Shown here in pieces: positions 55,531 to 64,000 of a stretch of 64,000 bases of DNA (position 1 is the stretch's first letter; each line of letters starts with the position of its first letter). The DNA lies in contig CBDBBI010000010.1 in NCBI GenBank assembly GCA_965202625.1, positions 2,496,001 through 2,560,000 of the forward strand. Reading direction: 5' to 3'. The translations under genes were made by a program, and so were the position numbers. Below the pieces are notes generated by a model, which was not told the DNA's origin, searched no databases, and saw only the letters and a program-made list of their open reading frames with translations. Origin of the DNA: a bacterium (GTDB lineage: Bacteria > UBA8248).

Positions 55531-56409
55531 ATGGTAATTTGGCGGAAGCGAATGGGAGGAGAGGTTTTGGCTTTGCGGCGACCTGCGTTCTCGTATCTGT
55601 TTCCGCTTCTGGCGGTGTCGTTTCTGACGCTCGGCGTCGTTTGCGGCGACGCCCTGTGGGAATCCGCGCGCGCGCAGGCTCCCCCCCGCCGGGCGCTCTC
55701 CCCAGGGGAGGCGTCCCGGGCGAGCGGTTTCAGTTCCCCCTTCGTCGTGGTGATCGACCCGGGCCACGGAGGACAGGACGCAGGGAGTCGAGGCGCGCTG
55801 CTTCTGGAGAAGGATTTTACCCTGCGCGCGAGCCGCCTGATAGCCGCGCTTCTCTCGAAGCGGCCGGACGTGAAGGTAGTCCTCACGCGGGAGGCCGACA
55901 CGCAGATGAGCGCCGCGCAGCGGGCCGCCGTGGCGAATTACAACGGCGCGTCGTTGTTCCTCACCCTCCACGCGGACGCCTCCTGGCGATCGGGGGCGCG
56001 AGGGGCCCGCATCATGGTGGCGGCACCCCGCCGCCCGCCTCGCGTGAAGGGCGAGGCGCCCGAGGCCGTCGCCCTTCGCTGGCAGCGCAGCCAGAACGTG
56101 CATCTGGCGGCGAACCGCCGCTTCGCCCTCGGGCTGCAGAGACGTTTCGCCGCAGTCGGTCAAAAAGAAAAGCTCGCCCTCCACATTCTGCCCGTGCGTA
56201 ATCTGGAGGGAGCGCAGATGCCGGCGGTGTATCTCAGCCTGGGCGTCATCAGCACGCCGGAGGAGGAGGCGAGGCTCAGCGAGATGGACGAGGAGGACGC
56301 CTGCGTCGTGGGAGTCGTCCGGGAGATACTGCGGTTCGCCAAACTGTCTCGGGAGCCTCCAGCTCGATCTTCCGCGCCCCCGGCGCGACGCGCAGGGGCG
56401 CGCCCCTGA
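55531..56409 (+). CDS. N-acetylmuramoyl-L-alanine amidase (Amidase_3) family protein
   Basis: VIDPGHGGQD, EKD, LTRE.D, R...AN, FLTLHAD; catalytic Glu position reads PAVYLSLG. Confidence 0.82.
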   Translation: MVIWRKRMGGEVLALRRPAFSYLFPLLAVSFLTLGVVCGDALWESARAQAPPRRALSPGEASRASGFSSPFVVVIDPGHGGQDAGSRGALLLEKDFTLRASRLIAALLSKRPDVKVVLTREADTQMSAAQRAAVANYNGASLFLTLHADASWRSGARGARIMVAAPRRPPRVKGEAPEAVALRWQRSQNVHLAANRRFALGLQRRFAAVGQKEKLALHILPVRNLEGAQMPAVYLSLGVISTPEEEARLSEMDEEDACVVGVVREILRFAKLSREPPARSSAPPARRAGARP

Positions 56410-57173
56410 TGGACAGGAGGGCTAGGGTGGTCAAGAGGCTTCTTTTCGCGATCCTGCTCGTGCTCGTGAGCGGTGCTCTCGTCTGGACGTTTCAGGACGC
56501 CGTCCTGGACCTGATGGAGCGGAGCCGGCGCGTCGCTTTCGGCCCCAAGCCGGAAGACTCCGCGCATGGGCACAGCGTGAGGAAGACGCTGTATTTCGCC
56601 GGTGCGAAGGAGGACCTGTTGGTCCCCTATAGCGTGGAGGTGGAGGTCGGAGAGGACGAGTTCCACACCCTTCATAACCTGCTGGGGGCGCTTCTGGAGG
56701 GACCGCAAAAGGAAGGATACGCGCCGATTCTGCCGAAAGGGACGAAGTTGCGCGCCGCCTTTCCAGGTCCTGCGGGGATCGCCTACGTTGATTTCGACAA
56801 AACCTTTCGGGACGCGCATCCGGGCGGCGCATGGGCGGAGCTGATGACCGCCTACGGAGTCGTCAGCACCGTCGTCAAGAATTTCCCCGATCTTTTTGAT
56901 CGTGTCGTCTTGCTCATTGAGGGACAGGAGGCCCGAAGCGTCGCCGGTGCTCTCGCCATTGCGGGTCCGCTCAAGGTGCGGGAGGAATTGATAGCGCGTG
57001 TGCCCCGCGCGGGAGTCGGCATCGCCCCCGAGGGGGGTCGCACCCCCGCCCCTGCGGCGAGTCCGCCTGTGGTGGGAAGTCCGCCGGCGGGCCAGGAGCC
57101 GGTGGAGGCCGTGGGCGTTCCGGATCGCAAACCGGCCGTCGGTGCCGTAGGCGTACCGGGAGAGTCCCCCTAG
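56409..57173 (+). CDS. GerMN domain protein
   Basis: N-terminal TM, LYFA, LLEGP, P.GTKL, AYVDF, V.LLIEG; typical partner of amidase genes. Confidence 0.8.
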   Translation: MDRRARVVKRLLFAILLVLVSGALVWTFQDAVLDLMERSRRVAFGPKPEDSAHGHSVRKTLYFAGAKEDLLVPYSVEVEVGEDEFHTLHNLLGALLEGPQKEGYAPILPKGTKLRAAFPGPAGIAYVDFDKTFRDAHPGGAWAELMTAYGVVSTVVKNFPDLFDRVVLLIEGQEARSVAGALAIAGPLKVREELIARVPRAGVGIAPEGGRTPAPAASPPVVGSPPAGQEPVEAVGVPDRKPAVGAVGVPGESP

Positions 57174-58543
57174 CCGGAGGCGCACGCTTCGCGTATCGAC
57201 TCGTCCAGAACGTCCACCATTTGGGTGATCTCCTCGTTTGTCACGCAATAGGGGGGCATGAGGACGATGACGTCGCCCAGGGGCCTGAGGGCGAGGCCGC
57301 GCTTTCTCGCTGCCAGTATGACCTCCCTGCCTTTGCGCTCGGCGGGCGCGTAGGGTTCTTTCTTCTCCTTGTCCTTGACGAGCTCCACTCCGACCATAAA
57401 GCCCAGGCCGCGCACGTCTCCCACGCGGGGCGCGCTTTTGAGCCTCTCAAGCGCGGCCCAGAGATGCGCGATCTTTGGCCCGTTGCGCTCAATGGTCTTC
57501 TCCCGCTCGAAAATTCTGAGGTTCGCCAGCCCCGCCGCGCACCCCAGGGGGTTTCCCGTGTAGGAGTGTCCGTGAAAGAAGGCGCGGCCCTTCTCGGGCG
57601 CCCCCCGAAAGGCGTCGAATATCTCCTCGGTGGCCAGCGTCGCCGCCAGCGGCAGGTAGCCGCCCGTGAGGCCCTTGGCCAGGCACAGAATGTCCGGCGC
57701 CACGTCCTCGTGCGCGCAGGCGAACATGGGGCCCGTGCGTCCAAACCCCGTGGCCACCTCGTCGGCGATCAGGAGCACGTCGTTCTCCGTGCACGCCTGG
57801 CGCACTTTTTGAAGAAAGCCGGGCGGCTGGACGATGACGCCCGCCGCCCCCTGCACCATGGGTTCGAGAACCACTGCGGCGAGGTGCGGCGCGTTTTCCT
57901 GGATGTGGTGGACTATCTCATCGCCCCCGCACACCGGGCAGGGGGGACGCTCCGCCCCCCTTGGGCACCAAAAGCAATAGGGCGTTTCCGCCCGCATGGC
58001 GCGAAACAACAAGGGACCAAAGATGCTGTGAAACAAGTCGATTCCGCCCAGCGACACCGCGCCTATGGTGTCGCCGTGATAGGCGAGGTTCAGCGCGAGG
58101 AACCTGTCCTTCGCAGGTTGTGGGTTCCTCCTCTGCTTTTGATACTGAAAGGCCATCTTGAGGGCGACTTCCACCGCCGTGGCGCCTGCATCCGAATAAA
58201 AGACGCGGGTGAGGTGGGCGGGTGCGATCTCGACGAGCTTTTCCGCCAGCGCGATGGCCGCCGGATTCGACATGCCCAACTGCGTGGTGTGGGCGATCAT
58301 GTCGAGTTGCGCCCGAATCGCCTCGTTGATCTCCTCTTTGCGATGCCCGTGGAGGTTCACCCAAAGGGAGGAGACGCCGTCGAGATACCGGTTGCCCAGC
58401 GCGTCGATGAGATACGCGCCCTCGCCGCGCTCGATGATGAGCGGCGGGTCCTCGCTCTCCCATTCGTCCATGGACGTAAAGGGGTGCCAGAGGTTTTTTC
58501 GGTCCGCAGCCGCCAGGCGGGCGAGGCGTTCCACCTCGTCCAT
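57170..58543 (-). CDS. bioA: Adenosylmethionine-8-amino-7-oxononanoate aminotransferase
   Basis: LWHPFT, DGVSSLWVNLHGH, AYHGDT, DEVATGFGRTG, AKGLTGGYLP, HGHSYTGNP. Confidence 0.93.
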   Translation of the reverse strand: MDEVERLARLAAADRKNLWHPFTSMDEWESEDPPLIIERGEGAYLIDALGNRYLDGVSSLWVNLHGHRKEEINEAIRAQLDMIAHTTQLGMSNPAAIALAEKLVEIAPAHLTRVFYSDAGATAVEVALKMAFQYQKQRRNPQPAKDRFLALNLAYHGDTIGAVSLGGIDLFHSIFGPLLFRAMRAETPYCFWCPRGAERPPCPVCGGDEIVHHIQENAPHLAAVVLEPMVQGAAGVIVQPPGFLQKVRQACTENDVLLIADEVATGFGRTGPMFACAHEDVAPDILCLAKGLTGGYLPLAATLATEEIFDAFRGAPEKGRAFFHGHSYTGNPLGCAAGLANLRIFEREKTIERNGPKIAHLWAALERLKSAPRVGDVRGLGFMVGVELVKDKEKKEPYAPAERKGREVILAARKRGLALRPLGDVIVLMPPYCVTNEEITQMVDVLDESIREACASG

Positions 58544-58545
58544 GC

Positions 58546-59325
58546 CTAGGCGGGCCGCTCGGCCAGAATGACGGCTTCTCGCTCGTCGAAGACGTACGCG
58601 CCGTCCTCCTCGCGCGGGTTAAGCCAATATGCGATGGCGGGCGAGGCGGTCTCCAGATATTTCCGAAGCGCCGCTTTCTCCTCCTCTGCCAGGTGGGGAC
58701 GGTTCACCCACTCGGAGAGCACCATCTTCTTGCGTAGGCTCTCGGAGTAGATGACGCGAAAACCGGCCGCCTCGAGCATCTCCACCAGGGCGGGCAGGCT
58801 GTCGCAGCGGTTGTGGCTCGGGTCGCGCAGACGCTCGAAATCGTTGTAGCGCGTCTGTTCTCTGGGTTCTTCAGGCGCGATGTTGTCGATATAGACGAGT
58901 CTTCCCCCCGGTTTCAGAACCCGAAACATCTCGTGAATCGACGCTTGGGCGTCGGGGAAGTGGTGGGGGGCGATGCGCACCGACGCCGAATCGATCGACG
59001 CGTCCAGAATGCCGATGTTCTCCGCATCGGTTCTGAGGAACGAGACGTTCTCCGCGCCCCTCCGCTGGCCGAGCCTGCGCGCGGAGGCGAGCATTCCTGC
59101 GGTCAAGTCGCTCGCGATGACGTGGCGGCACCTGTCCGCCATCTGGTAGGCGGTGTGGCCGGCGCCGGTGGCGACGTCAAGGTGGACGCCGCCCCTCGGG
59201 TTCAGCACCTCGGCGGCGCGCGAGAGAGAGCTGCTGCGCGCGTGGGGCGTGCTGGTGACGTAGTAGTCCGAATCCTGGTTGTATATGCGCTGCACGGCGT
59301 CTCGCTGTTCCCTGGACGTGTTCAT
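58546..59325 (-). CDS. Class I SAM-dependent methyltransferase
   Basis: LDVATGAGHT, DAE, RIAPHHF, RVLKPGG, RDPSH. Confidence 0.85.
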   Translation of the reverse strand: MNTSREQRDAVQRIYNQDSDYYVTSTPHARSSSLSRAAEVLNPRGGVHLDVATGAGHTAYQMADRCRHVIASDLTAGMLASARRLGQRRGAENVSFLRTDAENIGILDASIDSASVRIAPHHFPDAQASIHEMFRVLKPGGRLVYIDNIAPEEPREQTRYNDFERLRDPSHNRCDSLPALVEMLEAAGFRVIYSESLRKKMVLSEWVNRPHLAEEEKAALRKYLETASPAIAYWLNPREEDGAYVFDEREAVILAERPA

Positions 59326-59386
59326 ACCGCTCCTGTCGAGAATAGATGGTCGCGCGTCGGGAGAAGTATTTCCCCAAAATGGAATT

Positions 59387-60028
59387 TCAGGCAAGCGGCG
59401 GGAGCGTTCTGAGAATCGCGCGGGCCGGGGCGCCGTCGCGCCCTGTGAACAGGGCGGGCAGGGCGATGAGTTCATAGTCGCCCTCTGGCGCGTTCGCCAG
59501 GTTCAATCCTTCCAGTAGGACGACCCCCTCGGGCATCAGAAGCAGGTGGACGGGGCCGCCGCTTTTGGGCGCGTCCACGGAGAGGTAGTCCACGCCCAGG
59601 AGCGCCATTCCGTTTTCGAGCAGCAGCTGGGCGGCTTCGCGCGTCATGTGGCAAAAATGGGGGTCGAACGGCTTTTCCCACCACCTGTTTTCCGAGTTGC
59701 GCGTCTTGATCAAAAAGCGCGTCGCGCCGCTGAGGTTCTTGGTCTTCAGCTCCTCCGCGCTCACGCGTTCGGGATTTTCTATCTCTATCACCCGGGCGGG
59801 GCCCGCCAAGGTTTCCAGGGGGAGCGTCTCGATTCCGCCCGCACCCGGCAAATAGTGCATGGGCGCGTCCAGATGCGTGCCGGTGTGCGCGCCGAAGACG
59901 GCTTCCGTGAGGCAGACGGAATCCCCCGCCTCGAAGGATGCGTGAAAGCGCATTTCCAGCCCCGGATTCCCCGGCCAGATGGGCATTTTTCCTTGCCGCA
60001 CGGGAACAGAGATGTCGATGATGTTCAT
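59387..60028 (-). CDS. Cyclase family protein (kynurenine formamidase-like)
   Basis: HTGTHLDAP.H, GVDYLSVD, H, EGL.L, DGAPARA. Confidence 0.88.
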   Translation of the reverse strand: MNIIDISVPVRQGKMPIWPGNPGLEMRFHASFEAGDSVCLTEAVFGAHTGTHLDAPMHYLPGAGGIETLPLETLAGPARVIEIENPERVSAEELKTKNLSGATRFLIKTRNSENRWWEKPFDPHFCHMTREAAQLLLENGMALLGVDYLSVDAPKSGGPVHLLLMPEGVVLLEGLNLANAPEGDYELIALPALFTGRDGAPARAILRTLPPLA

Positions 60029-60217
60029 GCGCGCTCCTCAGGTGGGATCAAAAACAATCAGAGTAGCATTAGAATATCAAGAATATCAAAAAACGGCCGA
60101 AAATTTCCAGATAGCGATTTTCGCACGCGCTCCGCATCCGATTCTTTGTCCTGATTTTCAGTCTTGCGTAAGAAAAAGTTGAGTTGAGAGACTCGTCAAG
60201 GAAGGTTTGGCAACAAA

Positions 60218-60712
60218 TTACGCATCTGCATTCTCATATACGACTTTCCCGTTTTGTTGTGCCCATTTCACGGACAGGCTTACATGCGAGATAGCGTTTC
60301 TACTTTTGTCTAATTGACGTTTGGTTTCGTTAAGGACAATTTCTGGCGCTATCTCATATATGATTTTGCATTTTATTTGGTTCGATTCATAAAATACGGC
60401 TAAATATATTTTTGAATTTCTGGTTATTCTGTTTAAGGATTCGTTCCGTTTGTTCAGTGGCTCCTTGAACATTCTATCAAATTGGCCGCTTCCGTCTTCT
60501 TTGCAAGAGAGATACTCATATTTCTTGTTCGGGTCATCGGGAGCGTGGGCGTCCGCATCGCGTTTCGAGTGAATTAACTCGTGTCCCAATAAATCGGCGA
60601 TGATCATTTCTTTTACCAGTCCTGGTTGCAATAGGTTAGGAATACCTATCAATCGCGCCTGCTCCGCCGCTTTTAATATAAGATTTATGATTTCATGATA
60701 TATTTTTCTCAC
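60218..60712 (-). CDS. Putative Type II restriction endonuclease (PvuII-like fold)
   Basis: 164 aa, AT-rich, directly downstream of an MTase; GIPNLLQ, DA...YE, IYEI.P and VKW...NG..VY resemble the R.PvuII layout. Confidence 0.6.
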   Translation of the reverse strand: MRKIYHEIINLILKAAEQARLIGIPNLLQPGLVKEMIIADLLGHELIHSKRDADAHAPDDPNKKYEYLSCKEDGSGQFDRMFKEPLNKRNESLNRITRNSKIYLAVFYESNQIKCKIIYEIAPEIVLNETKRQLDKSRNAISHVSLSVKWAQQNGKVVYENADA

Positions 60713-60719
60713 GGTAGAG

Positions 60720-61514
60720 TTAAAGTAAACTCTGTATTGATTGACGCTTTGCTTCTTTCAACCTTTCGTTTGCAATGGCAACAAAAGGTTCGTGTTTTTC
60801 AATGCCAATAAATCGTCTGCCAAGTTTCTGGCATATTACGGAACACGTCCCCACACCCGCAAACGGATCGAGCACAAGTTCACCCTTCCTTGAACTTGCT
60901 CTCACCAATCTTTCCATCAACTTCTCAGGTTTTTGTATGGTGTTTAGAACTTTGCGACTCGCAAGCTCCTTTGACTTGTAAGTTAATTGTTTAATATCTC
61001 CCCAAACGTCTCCAGGGTTCTTTCCTTGAGCGTTGAATTTTGTTTTGCCGAATTTTCCGTTGGCAACGGAAGGGACACGTTCGCACCTAAGTCTGTGTTC
61101 CAGTTCCACAAGCTGTTTCACCCGAATTGCATCGAGATCAAAAATCTTTGGTCTGTCCCCTTTGATGAAGTAGCATATTATGTCGTAGTTGTTCGTATAG
61201 TTGATTCTGCCTTGAGACAATCTGCCAGGCTGAAACCAGACAATTTTTGATTGCAGGTTGAGATATGGCCGATAATCAATGAAGTCTATGCAGTTTGGTT
61301 TTCCAAACAGATACAATGCGCCACCATCTTTTAATTTTGAGGCAAATATCTTGATCAGGCGCAGGTTGAACTCTTGAACGTCGCTTACCTTGTCCCATTC
61401 ATTCGTAGTTACGCCATAAGGCCCATCACAAATGATCAGATCAAAAATTCCATCATTCATTTTTGAAAACAAGTCGAACGCGTTGGCATGGTAAACGCGA
61501 TTCACTTCCATCAT
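60720..61514 (-). CDS. Beta-class N4-cytosine/N6-adenine DNA methyltransferase
   Basis: Motif IV DLIICDGPYG precedes QKPEKL and motif I LDPFAGVG; AT-rich; start 61514 or 61544. Confidence 0.88.
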   Translation of the reverse strand: MMEVNRVYHANAFDLFSKMNDGIFDLIICDGPYGVTTNEWDKVSDVQEFNLRLIKIFASKLKDGGALYLFGKPNCIDFIDYRPYLNLQSKIVWFQPGRLSQGRINYTNNYDIICYFIKGDRPKIFDLDAIRVKQLVELEHRLRCERVPSVANGKFGKTKFNAQGKNPGDVWGDIKQLTYKSKELASRKVLNTIQKPEKLMERLVRASSRKGELVLDPFAGVGTCSVICQKLGRRFIGIEKHEPFVAIANERLKEAKRQSIQSLL

Positions 61515-61561
61515 GGTTTCACCTTCTGCTGAAGAATAACGCATAAGCAAATTCCGGGTTT

Positions 61562-62668
61562 TTACTCGTGCACCACGACACTGCGCGCCACCTCGCCGTT
61601 GATCAGCGCTTGATACGCCTCGTTGATCTGCTCTATCGACCACTCCTTCGTGAGGAGGTCGTCAAGGTTCAGTTTTCCGGCCATATACAGGTCGATGAGC
61701 CGGGGCACCTCGAGGCGCGGGTTGCAGGAGCCATACAGCGAGCCGATCAGGCGTTTCTCCTCCGTCACCAGCGCCGTGGGGTGTATCGACACCTTTGATT
61801 TCACGTCGGCGATTCCCACGATGACGGCCGTTCCGCCCGTGCGGACGCTCTGAAACGCGGTCGCCATCACCTCGGGCAAGCCGATAAGCTCAAAGGCGTA
61901 GTGCGCACCCTTCCCCTTCGTGATCTCCCGAATGGCCTCGACGGCGTTCTCGTCCGAGGAGTTCACGACGTGGGTTGCGCCGAAGGTTTTTGCCATCTCC
62001 AGCTTGTTCTGCATCAGATCGACCGCGATGATAGGCTCCGCCCCCACGAGCGCCGCGCCCTGGATGGCGTTCAGCCCCACGCCTCCGGCGCCGAACACGG
62101 CCACGCTTTCGCCCGGACGCACCTTCGCCGCGTTCGTCACCGCGCCCACGCCGGTGATGACGGCGCAGCTCACCACCGCCGCCTTCTCGAGCGACATGTC
62201 CTTCCTGATCTTCAAAACCGATTTTTCCGAGACTACCGAATGGGAGCTGAAGGTGGAGACGCCGAGGAAGTGGTGCACCTTCTCGCCGTTTATCGTGAAG
62301 CGCGTGGTCCCGTCCGAGAGCGTCCCGTCGGTCCGCATGCGAATGCCCTCGCCGCAGATCGCGGGCCGGCCCGAGAGGCACAGCTCGCAATTCCCGCAAC
62401 TGTAGCGCCAGACGGAGACCACGTGATCGCCGGGCTTCACGGAGCGCACGCCGGGCCCCACCTCCTCCACGACGCCCGCCCCCTCATGCCCCATGACGAT
62501 GGGCGTCGGCACCGGAAACACGCCCGCCATGGCGTGGTGGTCGCTGTGGCAGACGCCGCCCGCGCGGTAGCGCACGAGCACCTCCCCCGTCCTGGGCGGG
62601 GCCACCTCGATGGGTTCGATGGTCATCGGCTTGCCGACTTCGTGGAATATGGCTGCTTTCATGGGCAC
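61562..62668 (-). CDS. Zn-dependent alcohol dehydrogenase (class III-like)
   Basis: GVCHSD, GHEGAG, CGNCELC...C, GAGGVG. Confidence 0.92.
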   Translation of the reverse strand: MPMKAAIFHEVGKPMTIEPIEVAPPRTGEVLVRYRAGGVCHSDHHAMAGVFPVPTPIVMGHEGAGVVEEVGPGVRSVKPGDHVVSVWRYSCGNCELCLSGRPAICGEGIRMRTDGTLSDGTTRFTINGEKVHHFLGVSTFSSHSVVSEKSVLKIRKDMSLEKAAVVSCAVITGVGAVTNAAKVRPGESVAVFGAGGVGLNAIQGAALVGAEPIIAVDLMQNKLEMAKTFGATHVVNSSDENAVEAIREITKGKGAHYAFELIGLPEVMATAFQSVRTGGTAVIVGIADVKSKVSIHPTALVTEEKRLIGSLYGSCNPRLEVPRLIDLYMAGKLNLDDLLTKEWSIEQINEAYQALINGEVARSVVVHE

Positions 62669-62997
62669 ACTCCCTGGTGGATGAGCCTCGTGGATATGTC
62701 ATGCAATTTTCACGTTCATACCTGAAATGCGGATGAATTGCACCCGGCTTCGCGCCGCTCGCCTGCGCGTTGCGACGCGGGAGGCGTCCCTGGGCGCTTT
62801 TGGCAATTCCAGGGCAGGGAAGGGGGAAGGAACGGGGGATGTGGCCTGCGAGACGATGCGGAATCGCCCAAGGCGGCGCGCGCGGGCGAAAGAAGCGCGT
62901 CTTGCATTCTCCCGTGAGGGGGAATTGCGCGGAGGCGTCGATCCCCTATAATCTGAGGCGGCGAGGCGTCCGCCAATTCTTGGGGGGAGATGAGCGC

Positions 62998-63198
62998 TTG
63001 CGGGTCCGGGTGAACGGAGAGGATAAGGAACTGGACGAGGGCGTGAGCGTCGCGTCGCTTCTCTCGTCCATGTCGCTGGAGCGCAACGGCATCGCCGTGG
63101 CGCTGAACATGGAAATCGTCCGTCGCGGCGCATACGGCGATACGCGTTTATCGGATGGGGATGAGGTCGAAATCGTCCGCGCCGTGGGCGGGGGCTGA
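62998..63198 (+). CDS. thiS: Sulfur carrier protein ThiS
   Basis: [26 protein letters not shown]-terminus; TTG start; directly upstream of thiG. Confidence 0.9.
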   Translation: MRVRVNGEDKELDEGVSVASLLSSMSLERNGIAVALNMEIVRRGAYGDTRLSDGDEVEIVRAVGGG

Positions 63199-63254
63199 AT
63201 CTGGAGCAGAAACGGGCGCGGGCCTTTGTCGCCCTGTGCCGGGAGGTTCACAAG

Positions 63255-64000
63255 ATGAGCACGTATGAAATCGGGGGCAAAACGTTTGCTTCCCGCCTGT
63301 GGGTGGGATCGGGCAAATATCCGAGTTTCGCCGTGATGCGCGACGCTCTGGAGGCGAGCGGGACGGAGATGGTCACCGTTGCAGTGCGGCGTGTGGATTT
63401 GGCCGATGATTCGGCGGAGGGCTTCTGGGCGCATTTCGACAGGGATAGGTATACCATTCTCCCCAACACGGCGGGCTGCTATGACGTGAAAAGCGCGGTG
63501 ACGACGGCGCGGCTGGCGCGCGAAGCTACAGGCTCTGACTTCGTGAAGGTTGAGGTCATCGGGGATGAGGACACCCTTTTTCCGGACAACGAGGGACTGC
63601 TTGAGGCGTGCCGGATTCTGCTTGAGGACGGCTTCATCGTTCTGCCCTATTGCATTGACGATCCGGTGGTCTGCAAGAAGCTCGAGGACCTGGGCTGTCA
63701 CGCCGTCATGCCCCTCGCCGCGCCGATTGGTTCAGGTCTCGGAATCCGCAACCCCTACAACCTCCAGATCATCCTGGAGCAAATCTCTGTTCCCGTCATC
63801 GTAGACGCCGGAGTGGGCACGGCTTCTGACGCCTCGGTGGCCATGGAGCTGGGCGCGACGGCCGTCTTGACGCAGACGGCGGTCGCCGGCGCCGACGATC
63901 CGGTGAAGATGGCGCGCGCCATGAACCTGGCGGTGGAGGCGGGCCGCCTCGCCCACGAGGCGGGGCGGATTCCCATGAAGCTCTACGCCACGGCGTCAAG
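63255..64000 (+). CDS. thiG: Thiazole synthase (partial, runs off the window; absent from the ORF track)
   Basis: Manual translation gives [22 protein letters not shown]...TVAVRR...LPNTAGC...VKVEV...[10 protein letters not shown]...DAGVG. Confidence 0.93.
   Translation, partial: MSTYEIGGKTFASRLWVGSGKYPSFAVMRDALEASGTEMVTVAVRRVDLADDSAEGFWAHFDRDRYTILPNTAGCYDVKSAVTTARLAREATGSDFVKVEVIGDEDTLFPDNEGLLEACRILLEDGFIVLPYCIDDPVVCKKLEDLGCHAVMPLAAPIGSGLGIRNPYNLQIILEQISVPVIVDAGVGTASDASVAMELGATAVLTQTAVAGADDPVKMARAMNLAVEAGRLAHEAGRIPMKLYATAS

Noticed and set aside
60072-60089. GAATATCAA tandem repeat upstream of the cyclase gene
   Set aside because: Only two copies in an AT-rich spacer; not enough to call an operator or repeat array.
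62670-62997. Possible TPP riboswitch upstream of thiS-thiG (CCTGAAATGCGGAT)
   Set aside because: The conserved GCTGAGA segment and pairing scaffold were not found. Only a short TGCAATT/AATTGCA inverted repeat is present; an Rfam scan would settle it.

Overview
GC-rich bacterial chromosomal segment made mostly of housekeeping genes: folE2, metH, tRNA-Leu, tig-clpP-clpX, tRNA-Val, thrS-infC-rpmI-rplT-pheST, zapB-zapA-6S RNA-ygfA-rny-ymdB, a methylmalonyl-CoA mutase subunit, alaS, mlaEDC, ltaE, an EF-G paralog, pyrE, bioA and thiSG. Four small defence-type cassettes, mostly AT-richer than the backbone, sit between core genes with no visible integrase or transposase. (1) A small helical protein plus a MORC/GHKL ATPase after tRNA-Leu, with an 18-bp palindrome over its promoter and start codon. 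(2) A non-canonical phosphorothioate-related operon, dndC - DUF262/DUF1524 (GmrSD/SspE-like) - GIY-YIG - DndB/DGQHR, lacking dndD/E/A, whose two nuclease genes show lesions. (3) A Type IIG R-M enzyme coupled to pyrE. (4) A beta-class DNA methyltransferase with a PvuII-like endonuclease. Also found: a UGSC selenoprotein split by the ORF caller at an in-frame UGA with a candidate SECIS hairpin, tandem NrdR-like boxes in front of a small orphan ORF, and a DUF6665-like gene frameshifted by a 5-bp duplication. All assignments come from motif recognition by eye; no database searches were run.
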